From NCBI GenBank assembly GCA_963850905.1, contig CAWKMU010000003.1, positions 2,816,001-2,880,000 on the forward strand: a stretch of DNA of 64,000 nucleotides. The letters are read 5' to 3'. Position numbers and translations under genes: made by a program. Numbering within the stretch: the first letter of the stretch is position 1; each line of letters begins with the position of its first letter. Source of the DNA: an uncultured Gemmatimonadales bacterium (GTDB taxonomy: Bacteria; Gemmatimonadota; Gemmatimonadetes; Gemmatimonadales; Gemmatimonadaceae). Of this stretch, positions 1-11,394 are shown piece after piece. Below the pieces are notes generated by a model that worked only from the letters and a program-made list of their open reading frames with translations, was not told where the DNA came from and ran no database searches.

Positions 1-254
1 GTGAGTCCCAATTCGCGCATGAGCGCGATGTCTTCGCGCCATCAATGGTAGTGATTGCAGGCGACGTCTCCGGTATCGCCGTTGCGAGTCGTGCCTGGGG
101 TGTGTGCGAACCGATGCCAGATGCTCTGACCCGCCCCGTCCGCCAATGGGGCACCCTCGATCTGGTAGGCGGAAGTCGCGGCGCCCCAGACAAAACCAGC
201 GGGAAACCGGTGAGTGCTGGGTTGTGGAGTTCCTACCCGCGTGCGCTGTATCAT
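1..254 (-). pseudogene. GH1 beta-glucosidase, 5' part, running off the window edge; in-frame TGA at 42-44 (real lesion or sequencing error)
   Basis: N-terminus [19 protein letters not shown] is the GH1 signature. After the TGA the same frame continues WREDIALMRELGL, matching the GH1 consensus DHYHR(W/Y)xEDIxLMxELG. Confidence 0.85.
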
Positions 255-317
255 CGGGCGTGCTCCGGACGCGGGCCACGTTGGCGCGCGCGTTCACGCC
301 CACCAGGGATTTGAGTC

Positions 318-1445
318 ATGGCCCGTGTGACGCTCGAGCGTGTGCGGAAGGTGTATAGCGATTCTGGCTTCGTCGCTGTGCACGATCTCGATCTCGATGT
401 CGCGGACGGCGAATTCGTTGTTCTCGTCGGCCCATCGGGTTGCGGCAAATCCACGACGCTCCGGATGATCGCGGGTCTCGAGTCCATCACGTCCGGGCGA
501 CTGTCGATCGGCGGGCGCGTCGTCAACGCGCTGCCGCCCAAAGAGCGCGATGTCGCCATGGTGTTTCAGGGCTATGCGCTCTACCCGCATATGACCGTGT
601 TCGAGAATATGGCGTTCGCGTTGCAGCTCCGCAAACGACCGCGCGAGGAAATCGCGGCTCGCGTTGGTCGCGCGGCCCAGTTGCTCGCGTTGACGGATGT
701 GCTTGGTCGGCGCCCACGACAGCTATCCGGCGGCCAGCGGCAGCGAGTCGCGATTGGTCGCGCGATCGTACGCGAGCCGCAGGTGTTTTTGTTCGACGAG
801 CCGCTCTCCAACCTCGACGCGCAGTTACGGAGTGAAATGCGTCGCGAGATCGCCGCGCTTCACCGCACCCTGCGAGCGACGACGATTTATGTCACCCATG
901 ACCAGGTCGAGGCGATGACACTCGGGGACCGGATCGTCGTGCTCGACCGCGGCTTCGTCCAGCAGATCGATGCGCCGCTCCCACTGTATCAGTGGCCAGC
1001 CAATCGATTCGTCGCCTCATTCATCGGAAGTCCGCCGATGAATCTGATCGACGGCCGGCTGGAAGCCGACGCGGCGGACGGCGCCCCGGGGCGGAGTCGC
1101 TTCACGTCGCTCGACGGCGGGTTCCACCTTCCTTTGCCCTTTGCGCCGGTCTCCGGTGGCGGAGTGACGCTCGGCATTCGCCCGGAGCAGCTGACAGTGT
1201 GGCCGGCGACTGCGACCCACGACAAGACGGCGCCCGCTCCCACCATCGTCGGTCAACTCGAGGGCGCCGAGCTGCTGGGATACGAATCGGTCGTCCACGT
1301 TCGCGTGGGGAGCATTCGTCTCACCGCCCGCGCCGATCCGACCATCGTGCCGTCCGTTGGATCTTCCCTCGCGCTATCCGTTGATGTCGCGCATGTGCAT
1401 CTGTTTGATCAGGCAAGTGGGGTGGCGCTGGACGCTGGACGCTAG
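318..1445 (+). CDS. Carbohydrate ABC transporter ATP-binding subunit (MalK/UgpC/MsmX family)
   Basis: Walker A GPSGCGKST, signature LSGGQRQR, Walker B/D-loop FLFDEPLSNLD, H-loop YVTHDQ, C-terminal TOBE-like region (GIRPE). Confidence 0.95.
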   Translation: MARVTLERVRKVYSDSGFVAVHDLDLDVADGEFVVLVGPSGCGKSTTLRMIAGLESITSGRLSIGGRVVNALPPKERDVAMVFQGYALYPHMTVFENMAFALQLRKRPREEIAARVGRAAQLLALTDVLGRRPRQLSGGQRQRVAIGRAIVREPQVFLFDEPLSNLDAQLRSEMRREIAALHRTLRATTIYVTHDQVEAMTLGDRIVVLDRGFVQQIDAPLPLYQWPANRFVASFIGSPPMNLIDGRLEADAADGAPGRSRFTSLDGGFHLPLPFAPVSGGGVTLGIRPEQLTVWPATATHDKTAPAPTIVGQLEGAELLGYESVVHVRVGSIRLTARADPTIVPSVGSSLALSVDVAHVHLFDQASGVALDAGR

Positions 1446-1558
1446 ACGTTGGACGGTGGACGATTTGGTTGCTGAGCTAGGTGGGCACGGTCTGTCCTTG
1501 GACCGGTCCTGATGGCCCGCCCGTGGCATCGTATACGCGTCTAGCGTCCAGCGTCTAG
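1428..1558. repeat. Inverted heptamer-array element, copy 1: (YTRGACG)n ... (CGTCYAR)n
   Basis: Left arm CTGGACG CTGGACG CTAGACG TTGGACG GTGGACG (1428-1462); right arm CGTCTAG CGTCCAG CGTCTAG (1538-1558). Lies between convergent genes. Confidence 0.85.
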
Positions 1559-1562
1559 CCTC

Positions 1563-4445
1563 TCACGGCGTGACCCGCAACGCCACATACGCCCGCAGCT
1601 TGTACTTGTAGGGCGTGCTGATCGAGTAGGCAGCGCCCGCAACGCCTGAGAGGCCTGGCACCGCAAGGAATGGCACCGGCGATAGCCCGCCGCGAAACTC
1701 GCCCCCAAAGAGATCGTGTTTTTCGCTGTGATCGGCTGGCGTGATGAACCGGTCGTAGTAGATCGCCAACGGCCCAATCGCATCTTCCAGACGCTGCCCG
1801 ACGATCTGGGTGCCAGCCACGACGCCAACGGGGAGCGCGAGCTCGGGGAGCCGCTGCGACAGGAGCGCGGTATCGGTCAGCGGCGGCGTGCTCCCACCGA
1901 CGACGGGACGCTCGAACACCGGCGCGCCGGAATTGGACTGGGCGTATGTAATGGCATAGTGGATGAGAAAGCCGTCCCAGCCGACGGACGCCGATGCGCG
2001 AGCGAGCAGTCGCTGCCATCCCGTATTCTCGGTGTTGCCCGCGCTGACCAATGCGCCGACGCCACCAAACAGCGTAAGCATCCCTTGACTGAGGTCGGCT
2101 GCTCCGGTGTATCCGGCAAACGCGAGCCCACGCGCCCCGCTCGCGGCGGGTTGCGCGATGTGCGCGACTGAGACCCCGAGCCGCGCGGCGCTCGTTCCAA
2201 AACTGCCGTATCGGACGAGATTGGCCGACAGCACGCCGCCGACGAGCGACGCGTCGAGCGCCGGCGCGGCAAAGGTTCCGGCATCCTGACGGGAGGGATA
2301 GTCCGACACGCCAAACGCGCTCCCCGCCAGTGTGACGGGCAGTCCACGCCACGCCCCCGCGATCGCGCCGCCACGCCACGTCCCGGGATCACCAATCGCG
2401 CCCTGCAGCGTCCAGGCGAGTCGTCCGACGGGATCGCTGCTCGAAATGCCGAGCGTGACATACCAACCGGCCGGAGTGAAGGCTCCCGCGGGGAGGTAGA
2501 GGTACTGACGTGGTCCGAAACCATACGGGGTTGGAGCCGGCACCGGAGGCAACGCGCTCAGGTCCAGCGTTGGCGTCGCCCCGGGCACGGCAGCGGGAGC
2601 CAACGACACTGGCAACATTGGGGGGGTGGTGTCGCGCGCATCCCGGAGTGCGACGCGATGCAGATCGCGACCTCGCGCGGACACCGTCAGGAAGTACACC
2701 ATTGAGTCGATCGGCGAGGCGTCGGGTGCGCTGATGCCCCCGGTCGTTACGGCCAGCATCTTCACGGCGCCTGAGACCTTGTCGATCGTCTCCAAGTGCT
2801 CGATGCCACCCCAATCGGAGACGGTGACGATCGCAGAGCCGTTGGCGACGTACGCCGGGCCGTATCGGTTGGCGCCATCGTCGGGCCCGACGCGACGCGT
2901 GGCAGTCACGACGGTGTCACTCAGGTCGATTTCTTGGTCGTGCCATCCCGCGGTGTCGCGCACAGCAACGACCGCGGAGCGACCGTTGGGAGCAAATCGC
3001 GGATGATTGTACGCGAGCGTCGGCGACCCCTTGAGCAGCACATTGACGTGACCGTCCGAGAGTCGCACACGCACGAGATCGCAGATGCCGTTCAGACAGC
3101 GCACGCCGATCGCGCTCTGCCCGTCGGGCGCCGGATCCGCGTCGCGCACCGCCGCGCCGTGCGTAATACGCCGCACGCGACCGGAGCGCATGTTCCACTC
3201 GAAGAGCTCCGGCCGTATCGCACCGTCTGGCCGCGGCTCGGGATGACTGACCAGCAGGCGCGTGCTGTCGGCAAAAAATCGGGGCATGTCGTAGCCGGTC
3301 CCACGCGATGCGTCCAGGGTCGCCATTGGCGTTCGCGGCGCGGGAAATGGATGCACGGCAGGGACGTCGGCGGAATCACGGCTCAGCAGATACCGCCGAG
3401 CCTCGATGGTAGCCGAGTCGACTGGGGCGGGGGCCGTTGACCACACAACGATCCTCGTTGGTTCGCCTGGCACGCGAACTGGCACAGCGAGCCGGTGTCC
3501 GTCCACCGATACCGCTGGGTCGCCCGTATACCAGGTCAGATGTTGAAAAGTGTCTCCGCTGTCGAGTCCGGCGCCCGTGATGAGATCCGCGGCACGCAGC
3601 GCCTTGCCTGTGAGCTCGGCGGTGAATCGCCCGTACAGTGCGTTGGGCGAGTCGCCGTACACACCGATGAAGGCCATGTTGAAGTCGCGCGTGACGCGCG
3701 CCGACAGGCGCCGCCAGACATTCGGGAGACTTGGCTCACCATAGTGAGCTACAAGCCATTCCAGGAACGCGGACCCGACGAGGTATTCCATGTCGTCGCC
3801 GAGGAACCGCGGACTTCCATCGAGCTCCGCGTAGCTGGGCAGTCGCCCCTCAATGGCCCACTGACGAAGGATCGCAGCTCGACCTGCGCTGTGCGGGCGA
3901 CCACCCTCGAGCAGTCCTTCGACGTATACCGCGTACGCTTCCATTACCCAGCGCGGCGCGCGGCGCGCGACGGGGCCCAGCTCGATAGGTAAAACCCGCC
4001 ACAACGTGCGGTCGGTCGCGTTGCGAGACGGCCAGGTCAGTTGGGCGATGTGCGCGAATTCGTGTGCGGCGAGGAGTGCCGCCCAGTCAGGCGCCGTGCC
4101 GAGATCATCCGACGGACCGGGCGGCGTGGGCCACAGCACGATCGTTGGCCAGGTGAGGATCGGCAGCGCTGCTCCATTGCTAACGTTGTACGGATCGTCG
4201 ATGACCACAGTGACGCGCCGGGATGGCGCGTTGCCGACCAGGCGGACGATGGGGCCCTCCACCGCCTCGAGTCGCGTCGCAGCATCGAGCGCCCAGGCCT
4301 GCATCGAACGCGGGAAGTGCAACTCGAAGTGCGCGGTTTCCAACGTTTCCCAGCGCAGCTCGGGGCGCGTGAACACCTGCGCCGCGAGTGGCCGCGCACA
4401 CGCGGCGAGCACGACCAGCGGCCACGCCGCGCGGGGGACACGCAT
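1563..4445 (-). CDS. Exported multidomain protein: HExxH metallopeptidase-like domain, TolB/PD40-like beta-propeller, C-terminal beta-barrel-like region (~960 aa)
   Basis: Signal-peptide-like start MRVPRAAWPLVVLAACARPLAAQ. Motif AHEFAH plus downstream WVMEAYAVY. Repeated DPAVSVDG/DPAPDG/PRFAPNG/APDASP units. Alternating Gly/aromatic C-terminal strands. Start reassigned from 4883 to ATG 4445. Confidence 0.7.
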   Translation of the reverse strand: MRVPRAAWPLVVLAACARPLAAQVFTRPELRWETLETAHFELHFPRSMQAWALDAATRLEAVEGPIVRLVGNAPSRRVTVVIDDPYNVSNGAALPILTWPTIVLWPTPPGPSDDLGTAPDWAALLAAHEFAHIAQLTWPSRNATDRTLWRVLPIELGPVARRAPRWVMEAYAVYVEGLLEGGRPHSAGRAAILRQWAIEGRLPSYAELDGSPRFLGDDMEYLVGSAFLEWLVAHYGEPSLPNVWRRLSARVTRDFNMAFIGVYGDSPNALYGRFTAELTGKALRAADLITGAGLDSGDTFQHLTWYTGDPAVSVDGHRLAVPVRVPGEPTRIVVWSTAPAPVDSATIEARRYLLSRDSADVPAVHPFPAPRTPMATLDASRGTGYDMPRFFADSTRLLVSHPEPRPDGAIRPELFEWNMRSGRVRRITHGAAVRDADPAPDGQSAIGVRCLNGICDLVRVRLSDGHVNVLLKGSPTLAYNHPRFAPNGRSAVVAVRDTAGWHDQEIDLSDTVVTATRRVGPDDGANRYGPAYVANGSAIVTVSDWGGIEHLETIDKVSGAVKMLAVTTGGISAPDASPIDSMVYFLTVSARGRDLHRVALRDARDTTPPMLPVSLAPAAVPGATPTLDLSALPPVPAPTPYGFGPRQYLYLPAGAFTPAGWYVTLGISSSDPVGRLAWTLQGAIGDPGTWRGGAIAGAWRGLPVTLAGSAFGVSDYPSRQDAGTFAAPALDASLVGGVLSANLVRYGSFGTSAARLGVSVAHIAQPAASGARGLAFAGYTGAADLSQGMLTLFGGVGALVSAGNTENTGWQRLLARASASVGWDGFLIHYAITYAQSNSGAPVFERPVVGGSTPPLTDTALLSQRLPELALPVGVVAGTQIVGQRLEDAIGPLAIYYDRFITPADHSEKHDLFGGEFRGGLSPVPFLAVPGLSGVAGAAYSISTPYKYKLRAYVALRVTP

Positions 4446-4511
4446 CAAAGGAAAGTAGTTGTGGCCGCAGTTGGACGAGGGTGGTTCGCGTGCGGCCGCC
4501 CGACTTCGCAA

Positions 4512-4535
4512 GGCGACGCGATGCGTCGCCCCTAT
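4512..4535 (-). repeat. GTAG-family REP-like palindrome (degenerate), overlapping the htpX stop
   Basis: Minus strand reads ATAGGGGCGACGCATCGCGTCGCC, compared with GTAGGGGCGACGCATGCGTCGCCC at 20937. Confidence 0.7.
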
Positions 4536-5560
4536 GCCGGCACGAAGGTTCCTGCCGCCTTCTCTTCCTGATAACCCATGGCCTTGAGACGCGCGATCCG
4601 GACAGCCATCGGTGGATGCGTGCCAAGCAGGTCGGCGAGTCGCCCCTCGCGGCTCGACACCGTTCGGCCCAGCGGGTCCGCGATGCAGAGGTGAGCAGCG
4701 CCTCCCTTGATCACGCTCGACGGGGCCTCGTTCGCCTCGATCTTCTGGAGCGCCGACGCGAGCGCGAGTGGATTGCGCGTGAATTGCGCCGACATGGCGT
4801 CGGCAAGGTATTCCCGGTCGCGACTCACGCCGAGTGCCAGGAGCCGCGTGATGAGCGGCGCGATCAACCAGCTGAGCAGCCAAAACACCAGCACGACGAC
4901 GAATACACCTCCGAGCCCGCGTTCTGAGTCGCTGGACCGCGAGAAAGAGATGCGCCCGCCGCGCTGAAACAACAGGCGCCGGGCGCCATCCGACATGAGC
5001 GCAATCGCCCCCACCAGCCCTGCCAGGAGGGTCATGAGCCGCACATCGAGGTTCTTGACGTGCCCCATTTCATGGGCGATCACGGCCTCCAACTCATCGC
5101 GCGAGCACAGGGTCAACAGCGCCGACGTGACGGCAATCGACGCATTCGTCGCGTCACGCCCGGTCGCAAAGGCGTTGGGATCCGGGTCATCGACTATATA
5201 GATCCGCGGCGTTGGCAGGCCCGCGGCGACGGCCATCTCCTGGACCACATCGACCAGCTGGTGCTCTGCCTGGGTCGCCGGGGTGGTGATCTCACGCGCG
5301 CCAGTCGACCACAGCACCTTCTGCGCACCAGTGCGCCACGCGTACCACGCGATCGCTGCGCCCAGGCACGCCAGCACGACGCCAAACCACGGCACCGTGT
5401 GATGGTAGTGCCCGGGCACCGCCCCGCGCGTGGCTTCAATGGCGAGCCAGTCGCCGCCGAACCCGAGCCATGCAAAGAACGCGATGAAGGCGAGCACGAG
5501 CCAGAGCGACCGACGGCGGTTCGCCTCCTGCTGCGCGAAGAGATTCGTCGTGTCGCTCAT
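4532..5560 (-). CDS. htpX: M48 zinc metalloprotease, HtpX family
   Basis: PNAFATG, AVIAHEMGH (HExxH), SRDREYLAD, THPP motifs; transmembrane segments; downstream of lemA. Confidence 0.92.
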   Translation of the reverse strand: MSDTTNLFAQQEANRRRSLWLVLAFIAFFAWLGFGGDWLAIEATRGAVPGHYHHTVPWFGVVLACLGAAIAWYAWRTGAQKVLWSTGAREITTPATQAEHQLVDVVQEMAVAAGLPTPRIYIVDDPDPNAFATGRDATNASIAVTSALLTLCSRDELEAVIAHEMGHVKNLDVRLMTLLAGLVGAIALMSDGARRLLFQRGGRISFSRSSDSERGLGGVFVVVLVFWLLSWLIAPLITRLLALGVSRDREYLADAMSAQFTRNPLALASALQKIEANEAPSSVIKGGAAHLCIADPLGRTVSSREGRLADLLGTHPPMAVRIARLKAMGYQEEKAAGTFVPA

Positions 5561-5566
5561 AGGGTG

Positions 5567-5691
5567 CGAGACGTTAGACGTCGCACGTTGGACATTAGAC
5601 GCTTGACGATCGACAATGCCGGAATGGGAGCCACGGAGGTATCACGACGGGGTCGAGGTCTAACCTCCAACGTCCAACGTCTAACGTCCAA
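5567..5691. repeat. Inverted heptamer-array element, copy 2
   Basis: Left arm CGAGACG TTAGACG TCGCACG TTGGACA TTAGACG CTTGACG (5567-5608); right arm GGTCTAA CCTCCAA CGTCCAA CGTCTAA CGTCCAA (5657-5691). Fills the lemA-htpX gap. Confidence 0.85.
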
Positions 5692-5698
5692 TCGCCCT

Positions 5699-6316
5699 TC
5701 AGCTGGGTGCAGGTGTCGGGGGAGTGCTGGTCGAGGTGGGCGGCATTGAAAGGTCGACACGCACATTCTCTCGCTCGCTCGCGTCGGTGATCTCCCAGAG
5801 ATCGGCGTGCGTCGCTCCCGCCAGGCCCGCAACGAGCACGGTCGGGAATTGCTGCTGTCGCGTGTTGTACATCGTCGCCGTGTCATTGTACATTCGACGA
5901 GCGAACGCAATCTTGTTCTCGGTCGAGGTCAGCTCTTCCTGGAGCTGCGCTGCGTTCCCGATCGACTTGAGGTCAGGATAGGCCTCGACGACGGCCAACA
6001 GTCGCCCTAGCGCACCGGTCAAAGCGCCTTCGGCCGCGGCGGTCGCGGCGACATTCGCGCCCGCTCCGCTGCTGGCCTGCACCGCCACAGCGCGGCTCCG
6101 CGCACTGACCACCGCCTCCAGCGTGCCTTTCTCGAACTGCATAGCGCCTTTGACGGTCTCGACCAGATTGGGGATGAGGTCATGTCGGCGCTTGAGCTGC
6201 ACATCGATTTGCTTCCAGGCGTTCGCGACCTGGTTCTTCAGGCTCACCAGGCCGTTGTACGCACTGGCGACCCAGATCAGCAGCGCAACAAGAATGACCA
6301 CCAGGATGAGCAGCAT
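5699..6316 (-). CDS. lemA: LemA family protein
   Basis: N-terminal TM, YNGLV, QIDVQLKRRHDLIPNLVETVKG, EAYPDLKS, LQEELTSTENKIAFARRMYN. Confidence 0.95.
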   Translation of the reverse strand: MLLILVVILVALLIWVASAYNGLVSLKNQVANAWKQIDVQLKRRHDLIPNLVETVKGAMQFEKGTLEAVVSARSRAVAVQASSGAGANVAATAAAEGALTGALGRLLAVVEAYPDLKSIGNAAQLQEELTSTENKIAFARRMYNDTATMYNTRQQQFPTVLVAGLAGATHADLWEITDASERENVRVDLSMPPTSTSTPPTPAPS

Positions 6317-6399
6317 TTGATGTCTCGGCGTTGGGGTCTAGCGGGGCGGGAGCGTGGCTGTAACCCCGTACTCGGCTCAACGTGCTGGCGTTGGGCGCG

Positions 6400-6588
6400 T
6401 TACGGCTTTCCCCCGCCTTTCTCCGCTGGCGCTCCAATCCCGAAGCGCTCCAGCACCCACGTGAGCGGGATGACGAAAAGTGGCGTGAGGAACATTGGCA
6501 GGAGCGTATTGACCCAGATCAGCGCGACATAAAAGCAGCCCAGTCCAATGCCCATCCACACAAGTGCCAACGGCCCTTCGGTGTTCAC
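6400..6588 (-). CDS. Small hydrophobic membrane protein (62 aa)
   Basis: Two hydrophobic stretches; GAGAGAGG Shine-Dalgarno just upstream of the GTG; co-oriented with lemA. Confidence 0.55.
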   Translation of the reverse strand: MNTEGPLALVWMGIGLGCFYVALIWVNTLLPMFLTPLFVIPLTWVLERFGIGAPAEKGGGKP

Positions 6589-6673
6589 AAAACCTCTCTC
6601 GTCCGAGTTGTTGGAGTTCGTTCACCCCTGATCCCTAATCCCCAAACCGGCTGTCGTTAACGATATTCACCGC

Positions 6674-7726
6674 ATGACTCTGGCACCAGACGAGTCTGGC
6701 GGGGGATCGCAGACCCGGGACGACCCTGCGATCGCGGTGGGCGACGCCCTGCGCCGCGCCGGTCGGGTGGTCCTCGCGGTGTCTGGGGGCAGAGACTCGA
6801 TGGCCCTGCTGGATGCTGCCGCACGGGCCGCCCCGGCGTGTGTCGCCCTGGTCGCGACCTTCGATCACGGAACGGGTGCTGCCGCCACCGCGGGGGTCGA
6901 GTTGGTCGCACGCGAAGCGGCGCGGCATCGACTTCCCTGCCGCCAAGGGCGCGGCGCAATGGCCGACGTCCCGTCCGAGTCGGCCTGGCGCGAGCAACGC
7001 TGGTCCTTCCTGCGAAGCAGCGCGGCCGATGTGGATGCGCGGACCATTGTGACGGCCCATACGCGCGACGACCAGATCGAGACGGTCATCATTCGCATCC
7101 TGCGCCACGCGGGCGCGCGTGGTTTGGCAGCGCTCGACGTGGACGGAGACGTTGCGCGACCCTGGCTTCACACCAGCCGGACCGACGTCGCCCGATACGC
7201 CGCTCGCTGGGGCGTTCGTCATGTGGAGGACCCATCGAACCGCTCCAGAGCATTTCTCCGGAATCGTGTACGCCTCGACCTGTTGCCTGCGTTGCGCATT
7301 GCCAATCCACATATCGATGAGGACCTCCTCGCGTCTGCAGCCAAGGCAGCGTCATGGCGCCGACGACTCGATCGTCTGGTCGCAGCTGCCCACCCACTGC
7401 GGGTCGGGTCGGACGGCGTTGCCATTGATGCGCCGGGGCTGGCGAGCTACGACCTCGCCTCGCTGGCGGTCCTGTGGCAGGTGCTTGCAGCAGGTGCGGG
7501 GGTGACGCTCGACCGCCGCGGCACGGCGCACCTCGCCGCGTTCACGAAGACGGCGAGAGTCGGAGCGATCGCTCAAGTATCGGGGGGCTTCGAAGTGCAG
7601 CGTTCGCGATTTAGCCTGGTCGTCCGCAGGCCCGGGTATCGGCCATCCGCAGCGGGCTCATCGGACGTCCATCGTACGGCGACCGCGCCATCGGTCCAGT
7701 GGATCCCGGCAAAGGAGCCACGTTGA
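6674..7726 (+). CDS. tilS: tRNA(Ile)-lysidine synthetase
   Basis: PP-loop AVSGGRDS, TAHTRDDQIET, EDPSN, RNRVR; tilS-hpt-ftsH synteny. Confidence 0.9.
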   Translation: MTLAPDESGGGSQTRDDPAIAVGDALRRAGRVVLAVSGGRDSMALLDAAARAAPACVALVATFDHGTGAAATAGVELVAREAARHRLPCRQGRGAMADVPSESAWREQRWSFLRSSAADVDARTIVTAHTRDDQIETVIIRILRHAGARGLAALDVDGDVARPWLHTSRTDVARYAARWGVRHVEDPSNRSRAFLRNRVRLDLLPALRIANPHIDEDLLASAAKAASWRRRLDRLVAAAHPLRVGSDGVAIDAPGLASYDLASLAVLWQVLAAGAGVTLDRRGTAHLAAFTKTARVGAIAQVSGGFEVQRSRFSLVVRRPGYRPSAAGSSDVHRTATAPSVQWIPAKEPR

Positions 7727-8289
7727 GCCCGGTGGACCGTCCCGCTGCCTCGCCGTCCGATCCGCGCCTCGGCGGCCGCTCCCTCAAACGCGTGATCTAC
7801 GATGAGGCTGCGATCGCTCGACGCGTGGGCGAACTCGGCGCCGAGATCACGGATTCATACCCTGATGGCGATCTGCTCGTAGTCGGGTTACTCAAGGGCA
7901 GCGTCATCTTCGTGAGCGACCTCGTCCGTGCCATCCGTCGCCCGCTGCAGATCGATTTCCTCGCTGCGGCGAGTTACGGCGCAGGCACCTCGTCGAGCGG
8001 AACCGTTCGACTGGTGTATGATCCGGAGACTCATCTGGACGGCCGTCACATTTTGGTCGTCGAGGATATTGTCGACTCCGGACGAACGCTGTCGCGGTTG
8101 CTCGAAATCGTTCGGACGCGGGGACCGCGATCGCTTGCGGTCTGCGCATTGCTCCACAAACGCATTGCGAGTGCGTTGCAAGAGCCAGTCAGGTTCGTCG
8201 GCTTTGACGCGCCGAGCGAGTTCTTGGTTGGGTACGGATTGGACCACGCGGAGGACTACCGCCATCTGCCCTATATTGGTTCGATCTGA
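7699..8289 (+). CDS. hpt: Hypoxanthine phosphoribosyltransferase (start may be TTG 7723)
   Basis: GLLKGS, PRPP-binding VVEDIVDSGRTL, FLVGYGLD, YRHLPYI. Confidence 0.95.
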   Translation: MDPGKGATLSPVDRPAASPSDPRLGGRSLKRVIYDEAAIARRVGELGAEITDSYPDGDLLVVGLLKGSVIFVSDLVRAIRRPLQIDFLAAASYGAGTSSSGTVRLVYDPETHLDGRHILVVEDIVDSGRTLSRLLEIVRTRGPRSLAVCALLHKRIASALQEPVRFVGFDAPSEFLVGYGLDHAEDYRHLPYIGSI

Positions 8290-8422
8290 GGGGGCGCCAA
8301 CCGGCCGGTCCAGGGCCCGGGGCGCCGCGGCGCGAATCATATGTGTGGCGCTGCGCAGTCAGGCGTGGCAGGCGGTAGATTGCTGAGCGGGCGGCGAGGG
8401 CCGCCCGCGCCAGGCGAGGCTG

Positions 8423-8448
8423 GGAAACGGCTCGCCGTTGGACACGTA
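8423..8448 (+). promoter_or_regulatory. Possible ECF-sigma-type promoter upstream of ftsH
   Basis: GGAAAC-N16-CGTA resembles the SigW-type consensus TGAAAC-N16-CGTA. Motif match only. Confidence 0.25.
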
Positions 8449-8486
8449 AGGCGCCGGTTGTCAGGACCGGTGCCGTAGGGGTCGAA

Positions 8487-10477
<1,991 letters not shown>

Positions 10478-10509
10478 GGGCGGCATGAATCGCCGCTGAG
10501 TCCGCGCAC

Positions 10510-11394
10510 ATGATCTGGCGGATCAAAGGCGGCGCAATATCACTCGCGCGTCCCGTGATCCTTGGGATCGTAAATGTTACCCCCGACAGCTTCAGCGACG
10601 GGGGTAATTTTTTGTCGCTCTCCGCGGCCATTGAACACGCGCAACGACTTGTCGCCGACGGGGCGGATTTGATCGATATCGGAGGAGAGTCAACGCGCCC
10701 ACAGGGCGCCGTGCGAGTAAGCACCGACGAGGAGCGCATGCGCATCCTGCCGGTCATCGAAGCGGTCCACACACAATGCCCTGCCACCCCGATCTCCGTC
10801 GACACAGTCAAGGCGGATGTCGCTGCCGCCGCTCTCGACGCAGGGGCCGCCGTGGTCAATGACGTGTCCATGCTCCGCGAGGATCCGGCGCTGGCGTCGG
10901 TCGTCGCCGCCCGCGGAGCCGGCCTCGTTTTGATGCATTCGCGGGGCGATGTGCCCACGATGGCGACGTACGCGCTGGCGGATTACGGCATGGATGTGAT
11001 GGGCGAGGTCAGCACCGAATTGGAATCGCAGATTGCGAGGGCCCGAGCCGCGGGGGTCGACGCCGAGTCGATCGTTGTCGACCCCGGTATCGGCTTCTCG
11101 AAGCGAACGGCGCATTCCCTGATCGTGCTCGCCGAGCTGCCCCGGATCGCGGCGCTTGGTTATCCCGTGCTCGTGGGCGTTTCGCGGAAACGCTTCATTG
11201 GAGAGATTACCGGGGTGACCGTCGCCGCAAATCGAGTCTATGGAACGATCGGAGCCAACGTCGCCGCGCTCGCGCTCGGCGCCCGACTGTTCCGTGTGCA
11301 CGACGTGCGCGCCGCGCGGGAAGCCTTGGACACGGCCTGGGAGATTCTCCGCCGCCGGCCGGTGACTGCGCCGGCGCCGCTCGGGAGCCTGTAG
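10510..11394 (+). CDS. folP: Dihydropteroate synthase
   Basis: GIVNVTPDSFSDGG, DIGGESTRP, DPGIGF, GVSRKRF, FRVHDV. Confidence 0.96.
   Translation: MIWRIKGGAISLARPVILGIVNVTPDSFSDGGNFLSLSAAIEHAQRLVADGADLIDIGGESTRPQGAVRVSTDEERMRILPVIEAVHTQCPATPISVDTVKADVAAAALDAGAAVVNDVSMLREDPALASVVAARGAGLVLMHSRGDVPTMATYALADYGMDVMGEVSTELESQIARARAAGVDAESIVVDPGIGFSKRTAHSLIVLAELPRIAALGYPVLVGVSRKRFIGEITGVTVAANRVYGTIGANVAALALGARLFRVHDVRAAREALDTAWEILRRRPVTAPAPLGSL

Noticed and set aside
42..44. TGA recoding (Trp/Gly/Sec) or an alternative genetic code
   Set aside because: The position corresponds to Arg, one transition from CGA, and TGA terminates many genes normally in this window.
4446..4883. N-terminal extension making a 1106-aa ORF
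   Set aside because: It overlaps htpX in another frame and is low-information; a signal peptide and -10 element support ATG 4445.
8387..8408. GC hairpin GCGGGCGGC-GAGG-GCCGCCCGC as an intrinsic terminator
   Set aside because: No U-tract on either side; function cannot be supported.
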